A DNA stretch of 64,000 nt, taken from contig OZ231126.1 of assembly GCA_965153355.1 (NCBI GenBank), positions 11,222,001 to 11,286,000 of the forward strand. The letters are read 5' to 3'. Of this stretch, positions 63,723-64,000 are shown piece by piece. Below the pieces are notes generated by a model. The model saw only the letters and a program-made list of their open reading frames with translations. It ran no database searches and was not told the origin of the DNA. The stretch is from Flaccisagitta enflata (lineage: Eukaryota). The position numbers and the translations under genes are program-made. How positions within the stretch are numbered: position 1 is the stretch's first letter; each line of letters starts with the position of its first letter.

Positions 63723-64000
63723 GAACCAAGACTTGTGGGTGCGGTAACTTACACATTTAGCTTGAAAAATCCGGTAAAAGCCGCCACGCTAGTGTTAAAC
63801 TCATAGGCTATTAACCATATGCAGGCTTTTCCCCTTCCCTAGATCTAGACCGATGTCCTCTTCCGCTTATCTTTCTATAGTGGACAAACTGCTCACCACG
63901 TAGTAAGGGCCTGGAAAAGATCGCATTCCTATTAGTGCCGAAAAGTTTTTTTGTTTGTGCATTCCCTCTGACAAAACGAAACCGTGCTGAGAAATTGAAT

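Overview
AT-rich, microsatellite-dense genomic DNA from a eukaryote, probably an invertebrate animal (GT-AG introns; species not assignable from sequence alone). (1) A ~13.2 kb BEL/Pao LTR retrotransposon lies on the minus strand (18056-31209). It has a frameshifted gag-PR-RT-RNaseH-IN region, a very long Gln-rich Gag N-terminal extension, and a ~3 kb non-env accessory coding region between integrase and the polypurine tract. That accessory region carries spliceosomal intron signals that continue into the LTR. (2) A leucine-rich-repeat gene (two minus-strand exons, 33664-31455) has its next intron running into the retroelement. (3) A multi-exon minus-strand gene (~57804-45212), largely missed by the ORF track, encodes helical repeats plus a dynein-stalk/microtubule-binding-domain-like module with no visible motor domain. 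(4) One plus-strand TMEM144-like exon is present. (5) A 5'-truncated CR1/L2-group LINE is present. (6) The rest is many non-autonomous transposons: several Helentron/HINE(DINE-1)-like families, Tc1/mariner- and hAT-type MITEs and foldbacks, often nested. Frequent frameshifts and exact local duplications suggest assembly errors as well as decay. Family assignments come from motif recognition by eye, not database searches.
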